Source of the DNA: Octopus bimaculoides
Taxonomy: Eukaryota
Assembly (NCBI RefSeq): GCF_001194135.2
Contig: NC_069000.1
Span: forward strand, 1,981,242-2,034,973
DNA: 53,732 nucleotides
Direction of reading: 5' to 3'
Shown here: piece by piece, positions 25,821 through 38,339 of the stretch
Position numbering within the stretch: the stretch's first letter is position 1
Layout: each line of letters begins with the position of its first letter
Position numbers and translations under genes: made by a program
Notes under the pieces: generated by a model
Databases searched by the model: none
What the model saw: only the letters and a program-made list of their open reading frames with translations
Told to the model about the DNA's origin: nothing

Positions 25821-25942
25821 GCTGGTGGCGTAGTGGTCAGGGTGTGGGGCTCACGACCATATAAACATGGGTCAGGCTCACGGACCGAGCTGCGCACTCT
25901 TAGTCACTCTGACAAAGGCATTTCGTTTCCTGTTGTCCCTAT
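25821..25942 (+). mobile_element. tRNA-headed SINE fragment (CORE-like)
   Basis: A-box 'tggcgtagtggtcag'; degenerate B-box; 'aaggcatttcgtttcctgttgtccct' resembles 1426-1450. Confidence 0.5.
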
Positions 25943-26339
25943 ATTCTAAGGAAAGTGAATATTTGTATAAAGTTGAGCCACGAAAGTTACTAGTAGTGAG
26001 CGTACGACCTTTCATTTCCAACTTGCGACGATTTACCTGAACCGTAACACAGTCATTTGATAAAAACAAAGATCGATAAAATATTTACCGGAAGAATGAA
26101 TATATATTGTAGTCGATATGATCAATAAATATCCAGCAAGTCAGTGTCTCGGGTTGCCTACTGTCTAGTGACTGAAATATTGAAAACAGAAAAGAATATT
26201 ATCATTAATTATATGTATGTATATATACACACATATATACATCCACACACGCATATATACATACAAAGACACATATAATTTATACATATATATTGTTGTA
26301 GTTGCTGTAACTTCACGCGAGTGCTTGCACCACATTATA

Positions 26340-26475
26340 GATTAGTGTGCCAACAGCGATAGGTCTTCGTGATCACTAGACCTGAGAGAAAAAGAAAAAC
26401 ACTGGATGATCAAATGTGGAACGTCTTTGATCATAACATTGCTCAGCCAGAGTTAACCCGGGGGAGTAATCAATA
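26340..26475 (+). mobile_element. Family E repeat fragment
   Basis: 'gtgatcactagacctg...tggaacgtctttgatcata' is similar to 6770-6790 and 38670-38690. Confidence 0.35.
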
Positions 26476-26549
26476 ATAGTAGATAATGATTATTTTAATT
26501 AACAATATTTAATTATATTCCCAAGATATATTGGTGCTATTATACCAGA

Positions 26550-26720
26550 AGAATTATTTGAGCGTTAGAAGCTTTCGGTTGCGTTATTTCTGGCTCTTTA
26601 TGTTCGAAGTTCAAATCGCACCGAGCTCAACTTTGATTTTTCCCCCTCCAGCAGGAAAAAATAAAGTACAGCTAGGTACCAAGGCCTATGGTATCTACTA
26701 ATACCCTCTCCGAAAGTCAG
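26550..26720 (+). mobile_element. Degenerate SINE, family A
   Basis: 'gcgttag...tttatgttcgaagttcaaatcgcaccgagctcaactttg...aaataaagtac'. Confidence 0.6.
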
Positions 26721-27049
26721 AATCAAATATGAATTTTACTATAAACAATTACCTTATATACTACAGTAGATCTGTGCAAGAGATATTGTGATACCCAATG
26801 GACTATATTAGTGGGCAAACAGATCTACAAGTGGAGTGAATTATATTCTAGCAGAAACGTCTGTATGCAAATACATACAAACGCACAATAACTCCATTCA
26901 TAAGAACCTTGTGTTTACCAGAAAACAATTTTACCAAAGATGCTGCAATAGATGACGAAACCTTATATGAACTAGAATTCGGAGTCAATCCGAAAAATGT
27001 CCACCAAGGAATAATCACCTTGAACCTTTTGAAAAGAATATCCTCCTTA

Positions 27050-27247
27050 TTGTCCCCCCCCCCACCATGCCTTGACAACCGATGTTGGTGTGCTTACGTC
27101 TCTGTAACTTACCGGTTTGGTAAAAACGACTGGTAGATTAAGTAGTTGGCTTACAAAGAATAAGTCCTGCGGTCGATTTGTTCGACTAACACCCTTTAAA
27201 GCAGTGCTCCAGCATGGCCACAATCAAATGACTGAAACAAGTAAAAA
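27050..27247 (+). mobile_element. SINE family C, 3' module
   Basis: 'ccttgacaaccgatgttggtg...gcttacaaagaataagtcctgcggtcgatttgttcgact...gtgctccagcatggcc...atgactgaaacaagtaaa'. Confidence 0.9.
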
Positions 27248-28099
27248 ATATAAAAAGTATATATATATATATATATATATANNNNNNNNNNNNNNNNNNN
27301 NNNNNNNNNNNNNNNNNNNNNNNNNNNNNNNNNNNNNNNNNNNNNNNNNNNNNNNNNNNNNNNNNNNNNNNNNNNNNGCAAATTAAATCTAGCCATGGAG
27401 GAATGTAGTGGCGGACAAAAAACAAGACAGGAAAACAAACAGAAAAGGCTTTACGGCCAGACGAGAAAAATTATGTGTGTATGAACGCGATGAGGCACGG
27501 AACCGAGAGAGACAAAGTGGTGGCGTGTGTTACTTGGCGAAAGCCAAGGAAAAATGTGTGTGTGTGTATATGTATGTGTATGAGCATAGGTTTTTGTGTG
27601 CGTGTATGAATAAGTTGATATATGGGGTGTGTATATATGTATATGTGTGTGTTTGTGCGTATGAGTGTATCTAGTCATCACATCGTAGTATACACATGAA
27701 TGCAGGCAGCATTACAATACTAACGCAGTATTCCATAACCAAAATTGATTGAATATATTTATACAAGATCAATATGTTTTAAATATAATTAGATTAGAGA
27801 TTAGTTTAGCATAGCATTATGATTTATACCCTTAAGCTATATTAAAACCTATTGAATTCCATAATTTATATTTGGAACAAATGCTATATTTATTTAACAA
27901 ATATTTCTTACATATTCTGTTATGTCGATTTGTAAGAAATAGAATCGGCCAACTTTCTATATGTCTACCAAAATACTCTAACATATTGATATATAGATTT
28001 CATTATGTACTGAGTGTATAGTGCTGTCTGAGCCGTTAGAGCACAGGTGAAATTAAATTACCATCTACTAGCTTAATGAATAATAACTATTATTTCTGT

Positions 28100-28545
28100 T
28101 AGAGGTACGGCCTGAAATGTTTTGGAGGAAATGTTTAGTCGACTACATCGAACTCCAAATATTACTGGTACACTTATCGATTCTGAAAGAATGAAGGGAA
28201 AAGTTGGCATTAATAGATTTTGGACTCAGAACGCAAAGAACTGTGAGAAATGTCGCTAACGATTCCGCCTTTATCTTTAATATTTCTTACTACTGAAGGC
28301 TTGAGGCTTGAAAATTGGAGGATGTGGCTGGGCGATTCTATCAACCCCAATGTTTTACTGGTGCTTATTGAATTGCTTTATATTCGCCATGCTAACAATA
28401 GTCTCCAATTTTGACAAGGCCAGTAGATTCGTGAAGTGGGTAAATCGATTACATCGATCCCAGGGCTCAACTGGTAACTGTTTTATCACCTCCGAAATCC
28501 TGAATGGTAAAGTTGACCTCGATTGCATTCGAACTCAGTAGCCAC
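28100..28545 (-). mobile_element. Three adjacent partial SINE family A copies
   Basis: The tail module (aaggcc..gtcga/atcga..actgg) recurs at ~28100-28272, ~28295-28380 and ~28400-28545, all in the same orientation. Confidence 0.75.
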
Positions 28546-29164
28546 CTTAATAATGAAAATAATTGTAATAAGTATGATTCCAAACACAAGTTTCACAAAC
28601 GTTTGCTTACTAAGAGAAGATATAATCGATAACATTCTAGCCCCACTAATCTCGATTAACAATGATGGCATAGTATCGATCCCAGATTACGAAAAAAAAT
28701 ATGAAATACACTTTTCATAGTGAGATATTAATTCAGATCTTAGACGCCAACAAAATTTAAATAAATATTCCGAAATATCGAAGTACTTTGTCCAGTTGTT
28801 CTTCTAATTCTGTCGTTCCACCAGCAATTTTTTTTCTACTTTCCAATCCATCATTTCATTGTGAACGAAAACTCAACACCACAAAATACAATACCGACAG
28901 ACCCTCCTCCCATTACAGACCCCCGACAGAAACAAAACTAATTTTTCATTTTCCAGTTCCTTTTCCTAATTTTTCCTTCCAATTTCCATTCATAACTTTA
29001 TTAATTGTTACTTCGACTGAAAGAAAACTGCAGAGAAATTTCTCAGCAAAATAAAGCTAATTCTCCGATTCAATAAATACCAAAATACCATGTCCATATA
29101 GATGTTTCGCGGTTCAATGGCTTTTACCACATTTTCGTGTTATATCATTTCAGCATCAGCGTCA

Positions 29165-29186
29165 TTACCTCTTGCTGCTGCTGCTG

Positions 29187-29240
<54 letters not shown>

Positions 29241-29814
29241 TCATAAACATCATCATCATCAACGTTAACATCACCCACCCTCTCACTATCATCATTATCA
29301 TCCTCCTCTTCCCTTTCTTCCTCTTCATGCCGCTTCATCCCCCTCATCGTAATCATCATCATCGTCATCGTCATCATGATGGCTGTCCCCTTCGTCGTCG
29401 TTGTTGTCCTCTCCATAAACCAGCTCCACGTCCTCATTTTCTTTCTCCTTCTTTTCTTCGTCGTCGTTGTCGCCACCATCATCATCATCATCATCATCAC
29501 TATTATAATTATTGTTATTGTCATTGTCATTATTATTATTATTATTATTGTTGTTGTTTTACCATCTTTAGTATCATTTTTGCATTTATCATCATCATTA
29601 AAACTGGCGTTATCGTTGCTGTTGTTGTTCTTGATGTTTTACTTCTTTGGTTTTGTTGTTACAGTGTGTATATTCAGCCGAGGAAATCAAGCGTACCAAT
29701 CATGTAATTTCTTCTTCTGTTTTTATTGGCTGCTTCCCACAAGTTGTTTGGTAGAATTCCAGCGAGGAACATCGCACCATAACAACTATAGAAACAACGT
29801 CGCCATTAACAGCC

Positions 29815-29878
<64 letters not shown>

Positions 29879-30033
29879 TAATAATAATGATAATAATAAT
29901 AATATTAATGAATTTAATAATAATAATAATAATAACAGTAATAATAACTCTAATAATAATAGATTTAAAAATAATAATAATAATAAATGTAATAATAGTA
30001 ATAATAGTCATAATAATAAAAATGATAAATGTA

Positions 30034-30083
<50 letters not shown>

Positions 30084-30160
30084 NNNNNNNNNNAATAATA
30101 ATAATAATAATAATAATAATGATAATAATGATGATGATGGTGATGATGATGATGATGATA
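29165..30160. repeat. Compound trinucleotide low-complexity block (CTA, CAT, CTT, CGT, ATT, AAT)
   Basis: Directly visible; source of the poly-Thr/His/Ile/Asn pseudo-ORFs. Confidence 0.9.
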
Positions 30161-30490
30161 ACAGAATCACCAACTCCTTCACCGCCATCATGAACTCCTA
30201 ACCCTTCAAAACGACAAAACTCTTCCATCCTTAAACCAAATACCACCTCAAGAATAAGAAGCAGTGAAATGTATTTAAATAAATATAGAAACAAAACAAC
30301 AGCCGTAAGAAGAACAATGCTAACTGCAGTTTCATAGAAAAAAACCGAAAAGAAAATGAAAAAGAAAAGAATTCCTTAGTATAACGAATAAACGTTTCAA
30401 AAAAAGCCCACAATCAATAAAGATAAAACTACCATCACCGCCATCACTGCTACCACTACTACTACTACTACTACTACTAATAATAATAAT

Positions 30491-30666
30491 CCTTTCTACT
30501 ATAGGCAGAAGGCCTGAAATTTTTGGGAGTAGAGGGCTAGTCGTTTAGATCGACTCCAGTACGCAACTGGTACTTAATTTATCGACCCCGAAAAGATGAA
30601 CGGCAAAGTCGGCCTCGGCGGAATTTGAACTCAGAACGTAAAGACAGACGAAATGCGGCTAAGCAT
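30491..30666 (-). mobile_element. SINE family A (alternative tail subfamily)
   Basis: B-box reverse complement 'gaatttgaactc' at 30621-30632; tail 'ctttctactataggcagaaggcctgaaat' shared with 32317-32390. Confidence 0.9.
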
Positions 30667-30689
30667 AATAATGATAATAATAAGGGTTA

Positions 30690-30882
30690 AGATCTTAAAT
30701 TTTGGCACAAGGCCAGTAAGTTCGGCGGAGGGGTTAAATCGACTGGTACTTATCTTATCCACACCGAAAGGAGGAGAAGTATCGTCGGCCTCGGCGGAAT
30801 TTGAACTCTGAATGTAAGGACGGTCGAAATGCTACTAAGTAATTTGTCCGGCGTCGAAACGATTCTGCCAGTGACCGCCTTC
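30690..30882 (-). mobile_element. SINE family A
   Basis: A-box reverse complement 'aacgattctgcca' at 30858-30870; B-box 'gaatttgaactc'; tail 'ttttggcacaaggccag'. Confidence 0.9.
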
Positions 30883-30920
30883 AAAAATAATAATAATGAT
30901 CGTAATAATAGCTTGTTAAT

Positions 30921-31330
30921 AATGATTCAGTGCGACCATGAAATAGAGAATAGGAAGCCAGACATAGTCTTAATTGAAAAAGGAAACAAGCTATGCTGGA
31001 TCATAGATATAGCATGTCCAGCTGACAATAAGGAAGGAAAAAAGTCGAGAGACATGACAGGTTAGCTTGGGAAGTGAAGCAGTTGTGGTCGATGAAAAAG
31101 GTTGCAGTAATACCAATAACTGTCGGAGCCTTGGGAACAGTGAGCAAAAATCTCGAGAAGTTCATGGAACAAATAGGGGCTGCAATAAGGGTGGAGCACT
31201 TGCAGAAAACAACACTGCTTGGAACCACTCGAATACTCCGGAAGGTGCACGAAAAATAATAGGTGTTACTGGTAGTGAATAACTGACACTGTAGTACATT
31301 TCCAGCGTTAGAAGCTGTGCAAAGGCAATG
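30921..31330 (+). mobile_element. R4/Dong-type LINE 3' end, subfamily a (restriction-like endonuclease + 3' UTR)
   Basis: MIQCDHEIENRKPDIVLIEKGNKLCWIIDIACP (PD..D RLE motif), frameshift, VIPITVGALG...HLQKTTLLGTTRILRKV; ends in (TAA)n. Confidence 0.9.
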
Positions 31331-31377
<47 letters not shown>

Positions 31378-31389
31378 GATAATAATATT

Positions 31390-32316
31390 CTCAGGACCGG
31401 ATGCCGCTCATTTTGATATTGCGATAAGTTAAAATGGCTTACAATGTGGGGAAAAATATTGTCAGATAAATCATTTCGTTTTTATGAATAATATAAAGAA
31501 TTTTGCGGAAAATGAGAAGCATCTTGAAAGTCTTCTACATACTGTTTGCATTTTTTCAAGTGATCTACTTATAGAATTTAGGATCTAAAAGTGCACTGTT
31601 TTGAAATTGAAACGAGGAAGATTTGAAGGAATTCAGAATTGAAATGCGAAATGTCAAATAATGAAAGCGGTTAAGAAAGGACAGTGATATAAGCATTTGG
31701 GGATAAAAGAGGTAGATGAAATAAAGCATGAAACGATAAAACAAATTACCAGTAGAGAGTATACAAGGAAAGTTAGAAAATTAAAAAAAAAATGTTATTG
31801 AAAAATAAATGCAGAGGAGATATAGAATTGAAATTGTTGATTGTTTCAAAAAAGCCATACAGGTACTAGACTGAAAAAGTAGAAAGCTGTTGGCAATGTA
31901 TGGAGCCCACCATTCAAAAACTGATACCAGCCGGTTGTACATGAGGAGAAACCAGAGCGGAAGGGGTTTAATTGCTGTAGGAGAGTGTATACAGAGAGAA
32001 AGAAAAAGCCTGCTAGAATATTTACAGAACAACACAGAAAAATTACTAAAGACAGTGAATAAGGAACAGGAGAACCGGACAGGAATGAAATACAAAGAAA
32101 ACGTGTTAAACACATCGAAGAGAAGCTTTTGCATGGTCAGTTTGGAAAGCCACTGAGAGAGAGCCTGATTATAGTGGCTCAAGATCAAGCGACAAAAGCG
32201 ATCAGGTTGACAAATGTGTATGGAAAGTTTGTGGAATTTGGAATGAGACTGGCACACATTGTTGCAGGTCCCAAATCGGCGCAGGGAGAATATAAGAAAT
32301 GGAGGCAAGACCAAGT
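31390..32316 (+). mobile_element. Decayed R4/Dong-type reverse transcriptase region
   Basis: INHFVFMNNIKNFAENEKHLESLL (FMDD decayed to FMNN, 31481-31492); KCTVLKLKRG; YGAHHSKTDTSRLYMRRNQSGRGLI; MHGQF; ESLIIVAQDQA; AQGEYKKWRQD. Confidence 0.85.
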
Positions 32317-32390
32317 TCTTTTCTACTCTAGGCCCAAAGCCTGAAATTTGGGGCGAGGGGCCAGTCGATTAGATCGACCCCAGTACGCAA
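32317..32390 (-). mobile_element. SINE family A tail fragment
   Basis: 'tctttctactctaggcccaaagcctgaaat...gccagtcgattagatcgaccccagtacgc' matches 30491-30565. Confidence 0.85.
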
Positions 32391-32408
32391 AAAAAAAAAA
32401 AAAAAAAA

Positions 32409-32634
32409 TTCAGACAAATGCATAACAAAAACACCAGGACTTACAAATATATATAACATACAGAAAATTGCACTACTGGGCACTGCACACATCCTACGCA
32501 AAACACTTTCAATACAGTAACCATAAGAGCATCACAGCAAACCACAGCACATACCCAAGGCACACAGAGCTGCGCTCGGTAGTGAAGTGAAAGCACGCTA
32601 TAAAAATAAAACTACTGAATAATAATAATAATAA
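32409..32634 (+). mobile_element. R4/Dong-type LINE 3' end, subfamily b
   Basis: SDKCITKTPGLTNIYNIQKIALLGTAHILRKTLSIQ*, then 3' UTR and (TAA)n tail; paralogous to 41559-41690. Confidence 0.85.
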
Positions 32635-33347
32635 ATTAGCCATGTTTATAACATCGGGTCTGGTGAATTTGTGGCACCGTATTAATTGTGAATATGATCT
32701 TGATGAAGATGATGATGATAATGATGATGATGATATTGATTCTATGAATTTTATAGATAAATAAAACCAAAAAATAGCAACCAGCCTCTACTTCAACCAT
32801 TGAGAGGTTGCTTTGTGTTTTTTTGTTTCTGCCATAATGTAATCTCAAGCCCAAAAGTTAGTGACTGTGCAAAAAGTAACGACAACACTGTTTGAACAAT
32901 TTATCTCTTAGTTAGAAAATTGTCAGTCAGGCATAAAGGCCAAATCTCGTGTCGATCTAGCATGTCAAGAACGAGGCTAATGAACGATGTTAATGATAAT
33001 ATTGATTTTTTTGCATTAACCCAATGTGGGAGAGAATACTGTCGTTTTTGATCGATGAGCAGAAAAACACAAATAAAAACAAAACGTGTGTGTTTCATAT
33101 GAAACCAAAACAACGCAAATAAAGATATTGTTCTCGATTTGCGATAAAACGCTTAGATATTTGATGTTTCATGGCTCATATAGGTTATTTCTTCATTAGG
33201 TTCAGGGAAAGGAGAAAATATTATTTGCATTTAGTAAGATTCATGTTAATGTCTAGACAGTTGGCTATTTTAAGGTTTGTTTTAGCAGCGACACACAGCT
33301 TACGTTGTGTATGTATATAAGTTCATTACTAATCTGTCTCCGTGTAA

Positions 33348-33550
33348 TGATTTCTAACTTAAGCGCATGACCAGCAATTTTGAACAAATTCAATGTTAGT
33401 CGCTTTCATAGACCCAAGTACCTTAATGGTTTATTATTTGCCAGGTGAAACGCAAAGTTGATCCGGACTGAATTTGAACTCAGACGTATAGATCTGGAAG
33501 AAGTACTACAAATTCTTTTGTCCGCTGCTCTAGCAGTTCTACCAAACAAC
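33348..33550 (-). mobile_element. Degenerate SINE, family A
   Basis: 'gaccagcaattttg...caaagttgatccggactgaatttgaactcagacgta'. Confidence 0.65.
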
Positions 33551-34804
33551 CGTTTATGTTTAACACTCTGTTAGCCTCCTTTTATCCACTATTTAGTCTG
33601 TTGAACCTTAGAAGCCCCACTTGAAAGACAGAGAAAGTAATTTAAACTCCAAGCACGTCCCACATTCATGCAAACAACTACATTCATGACATAAACGGCT
33701 CGGGCTACCTGTGATTGTGTACTATACTCAACTGCCAAGAATGGCTGAATCATTTCTAATTTCAATTCTGGTTGAATAAATACAAGTGCTGGTTTTCGTC
33801 AGCATGGAACCATAGGTTCCAACAAATTTATATAAATTATATTGAGAATAGATTATGTTTTATCAACTTTCCCTCAATTGAAAACATTTTTTGTACCTAA
33901 CACACACACACACACACACACACGCATACATACATGTGTGTGTATATGTATGTATGTATCTATCTGTATACCGACAGATATATAAAGTGGGAAAAAGTTT
34001 GACGGTTTATCAGCTATTGATTTCTTATACTGGAACGAGTGTAGCCCAGATTTATATTGTGATAATAGCGTTATAAATATTAGCCAAACCGTTTATGTAC
34101 TGAACTGTGGTTCATACATACAAGATATAAGTAGCCTTCGAGGGAAAAGTGACAGAAATGTTCACGGTTCGCTTAATCAGAATCATAAAAACACATTTTA
34201 TCGCATTCAGAAGCAGTCATATCAACATTTGCGTCTACTAATACGACTAGTGTCTATCATTAAGCATTAGTATTGTACATTATTAGTCCTGCTGTGAATA
34301 CATCTGAACAGCATGCTAGCATTCATTTTTGACACTATTTCCCGAGGAAGTAATCCAAAATAACCATCATTGTTATCAATACTCTTTTGTGTACGCTTCG
34401 TAGATATCAGAGCCAAACAGAAAGAAGACACTTGCCATAGAGCAACGTGATATCCACGATCTACTTTTCGTTCCCTGCCGCATTATGTTCCCTTTTTATT
34501 TATCTATGGTGTTAATGCTTTGGGCAGCAATCACAACTTTCCATTTATCATCTCCATAAAAGTTTATATGGCCGTGGTATAATTAGTGCCTGATGGAGTT
34601 AAGTAATTTCCTATCTATAAGTGATTAAAAGAACTGGAGAGAACTGGAGGACAAATAACAGGAAGAACTGTAGAAGAGCGGAAAGAAATATGTTTCTGGT
34701 TAGATTTATTTGAATGTCATTTATATATGTTAATCTTTGCTGTCCAACAGTGGCATTGTTTGTTAGTTATGGTGTATTCATGAATCAATCACTAGTCCAC
34801 TGTT

Positions 34805-34855
34805 GAGCGAGAGAGAGAGTGAGAGAGAGAGAGAGAGAGATAGAGATAGATAGAT

Positions 34856-34886
<31 letters not shown>

Positions 34887-34922
34887 ATGGAGAGAAAGAG
34901 AGACAAAAAGGGAGAGAGAGAG
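34805..34922. repeat. (GA)n/(GATA)n microsatellite
   Basis: Directly visible. Confidence 0.95.
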
Positions 34923-35079
34923 CTGTAGGTTTGTCGCCGATATTTACAACTTTTAGTGACACATTTTTAATTCACTCGTTTAAAAGCATACATAAAAGGA
35001 ATCGCACAGATACGCGCATAAACACATAAACACACACAGACACACACATATATATATATATATACGTTTTACGACATAG

Positions 35080-35118
<39 letters not shown>

Positions 35119-36014
35119 CTTACATTCATACATATTCACATATGCACACAGACCTCCAAATCCTCTATATATGTGTGTCCATGCTAATCGGAAGAGAAGG
35201 GCAGTGTCCGTAATCCTTTCTAAGGGACTCCAAGACCGGTGAGAGGAAGAGAATTATCTTTAACAAACACTACTTTTGAGCGGTGGTTTATTATCCCTAT
35301 TTTCTCAGAGTATTCCATTCAGGACATTCCCCCTTTTTAGATATTTGTGTAGACTAGTCTTCACCATTAAGAAATTTTCATGGAAATGGATAATTTAGAC
35401 GAGGACGTATGTAATGGAATTATATTGGACGACAGCTCATCACCAGTCATATCTCTACTCACCGATAACGCGGTTTACTGCTGATACTTTAATCCCGATA
35501 AAGATTATCTAGAAGATGTTTGAAAGAAAAGTTTTCTGCTTTGGTTAAATATTTTATTTCTATGAAAATTAGCATCGCCTCTAAATACTCAATGCTCTCT
35601 ACAGCCTCTCCTTGAGTTTTGCTGTTCCTCTTATGAGCTAACCAGGCCATTAAAGGTCTCCTATTGCATAGAATAAGAGCCAAAATAATTAATTCGTTTT
35701 ATATAATAATTAATTCGTTTTATATACAGCCAAAATAATAAAGAACATGTAATGAGTTTGGGGATTAAGGAATTTCCTGGTCATAACTCTTATCTAAAGC
35801 TAAATTTGTATTGCCATAGTTGCTATGGATTAACGAAAACTCAGCCGACACGAGGTCACAAGCATTTTCACCTTTTTCTTCCTGTGTAGGGGTTGCTTCT
35901 GATTTGGAACAAACAGTTTTACATTATTCCTTTGAATTTATTATTTGAATACCTAAATATAGATATGCACAATTACATTATTTCATGCATCATATTGCTT
36001 AAATAAGTGATTTA

Positions 36015-36110
36015 AGACGGTAGGATGTAATTTGGTGATATTTGACTGCTATTTTTAGTGGACACATCGATCATTTACTGACTCCCTCGATGCCTGTGGT
36101 ACGCTTATCT
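36015..36110 (-). mobile_element. Family E repeat fragment
   Basis: Reverse complement 'ctaaaaatagcagtcaaatatcaccaaattacatcctaccgtc' matches 6445-6480 and 38575-38615. Confidence 0.4.
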
Positions 36111-36621
36111 TTTATCCACTATGTCAGTTTGAATTCGTCAGTGTTTTCCTTCACCTCACCTCTATTGGTTCTAGGAAACTTTCCTTCTCATTGTAACTAT
36201 CGACATTTATTCGATGGCAGAATTCATTAAAGTTACAGCACCGTTTCTTTAGAAATTTGCATATTGAAAGATATAACTAGTTTTGTATAAAGATATTACG
36301 TAACGATTTCAGAGACATGACATACAAGGAGCCATTATATAAAACAAAAGAATAGGAAGTATAACTTATCGAAAATAAGTTTATTGCCATTCACTATACA
36401 TATTTAAATTAACATATCATTTAATTACTTTATAATGTATAAATACATGAATTTATTAAAATTTTAGCGCTATTCTTATCTGCGAAGAATCTAACATTGC
36501 TGTAAATATTAATCAGTCATTCTTTCTGAAGAGCAACACGTTTTAAATGTTATTTTTATTCAAGCTAACCAAAAAACGATTTTATATAATCTAACATATT
36601 CTAAGTAAAGAGAAAAAATCA

Positions 36622-36825
36622 CAGTGGCAGAATCGTTAGAGCGTCGGGAAAAATAGCTTAAAATATTTCTTCTGGTTGTTTACCATCTGAGTTCATATTC
36701 TACCACCATAGAAAAAATTGCCTCTCGTACTCCTAGGTCGTTAAAAATAAAGCAACGGTCAACTCCTGGGGCAAATGTAATAAAGTAATCCCTTCTCCAG
36801 AAAACTACTGGCCTTGTTCCTTATT
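36622..36825 (+). mobile_element. SINE family A, sense orientation
   Basis: A-box 'tggcagaatcgttag' at 36625; 'ctgagttcatattc'; tail 'actggccttgttcc'. Confidence 0.75.
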
Positions 36826-37604
36826 CAATTTATCAAGATAATTAACTGCGCAAGTGAATAGGAATGCAAAATTTTTCGGTGAATCCCGGCAGCAAAATCA
36901 CCCACAAATAACACTTTTTCTCTGGTTATGGTCTAGAAAATCTATATGTGTAACAGAATCATTATCCCAAATGATGGAATAGCATTCAATTTTGGGACTC
37001 AGCTGAACTATCTTGTAATCGACTTAGACTTCCGCCACTGCCGAAATTGCTGAGCCGAAATTCGAAACTGATATGAAGAAGATCAACAACCGGGGCAACA
37101 ACAACAATAACAACACGAACAACAACAACCACCACAACAACAATGAAGGCTTATAATAACAAGAACACCAGTAACAACATCGACAAAACTAAGAAAAGAT
37201 AACAAACATAAAAGTGATATTTAAATATTGTTTTGAAAAATCGAAGTTTTATGATGCGTTTTGTATTGATATATTTCCAATCACCAAGCAGTTAATGTAA
37301 TGAAACGTAAAATTTAACATTTTAACATCAATGGTACTGACTTCAGGGTGTATGTAGAAATGATTTTGGTTTGGTTTTGTTTTGTTTCTCCATTTCTATA
37401 TTTATGTCTTTTTAGGTGAATCTATCTATCTCTTTTTCTCTCTAAGATTTCGGTTACTAATCGATCATGTAAATTATTGCCCGGCGCATGAGAATGTAAC
37501 AAATCACAAAAAGAAAAAAAACAGAAATTGAAAAAAAAAATGAAAAAAATATAAAAATTCGCATCAATGACTTCAATTTTGGACGATTAGTTGCGGAGCA
37601 TGAA

Positions 37605-37625
37605 TAGTAGTAATAATAATAATAA

Positions 37626-37674
<49 letters not shown>

Positions 37675-37695
37675 GTTGGTGATGGTGGTGGTGTG
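37605..37695. repeat. (TAA)/(TAG)/(TGG) microsatellite
   Basis: Directly visible. Confidence 0.9.
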
Positions 37696-38124
37696 AAGAG
37701 AGGATGGCTGAGTGAACATTATGCTGATTATTATCAAGTATAACACACATGAGGAAGTACTAGTAGACGCACACGTGCTCTTTCTCTCTCTCTCCCTCTC
37801 TCTTTCTCGCGCACGCACACACATACATATGTATATATACACACACATACACACACACGCGTGCACACAAACACAGATATATTGCTATCTTCTTCGATCT
37901 TGAAAGTGTATAAAGAAAGGAAAGAGAAAATTCTTATCAGAATTTATTTATAAAAAGAATTAATGCTTCAAATCTATCTTCATCCTCTCTTTCCCTCGTA
38001 TATATATATATATATATATATATACACAAAAATCACGCATATTTTCATATAACTTAATACATATATATCTATATTACAATTATACACATTTCATATACAT
38101 ACATACGTACATACATACACACAC

Positions 38125-38176
<52 letters not shown>

Positions 38177-38195
38177 GAAATGTATNNNNNNNNNN

Positions 38196-38234
<39 letters not shown>

Positions 38235-38339
38235 GAAATGTATATAATTGTAATATAGATATATATGTATAAGATATATGTAAATATACGTGTGTATATA
38301 TGTGCAATGATATCTTTGTTATGAATGGTCTAAGTTGAA

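Noticed and set aside
29102-30294. Poly-His/Thr/Ile/Asn ORFs (also at 38388-39128 and 40507-41013)
   Set aside because: Translations of trinucleotide microsatellites with no domain signal.
31781-32314. 177-aa minus-strand ORF
   Set aside because: Antisense shadow of the decayed R4/Dong RT on the plus strand.
38130-38245. Direct repeat '(CA)n-atatatatatgaaatgtat' on both sides of a short gap
   Set aside because: Typical of unmerged overlapping contig ends; likely an assembly artefact.
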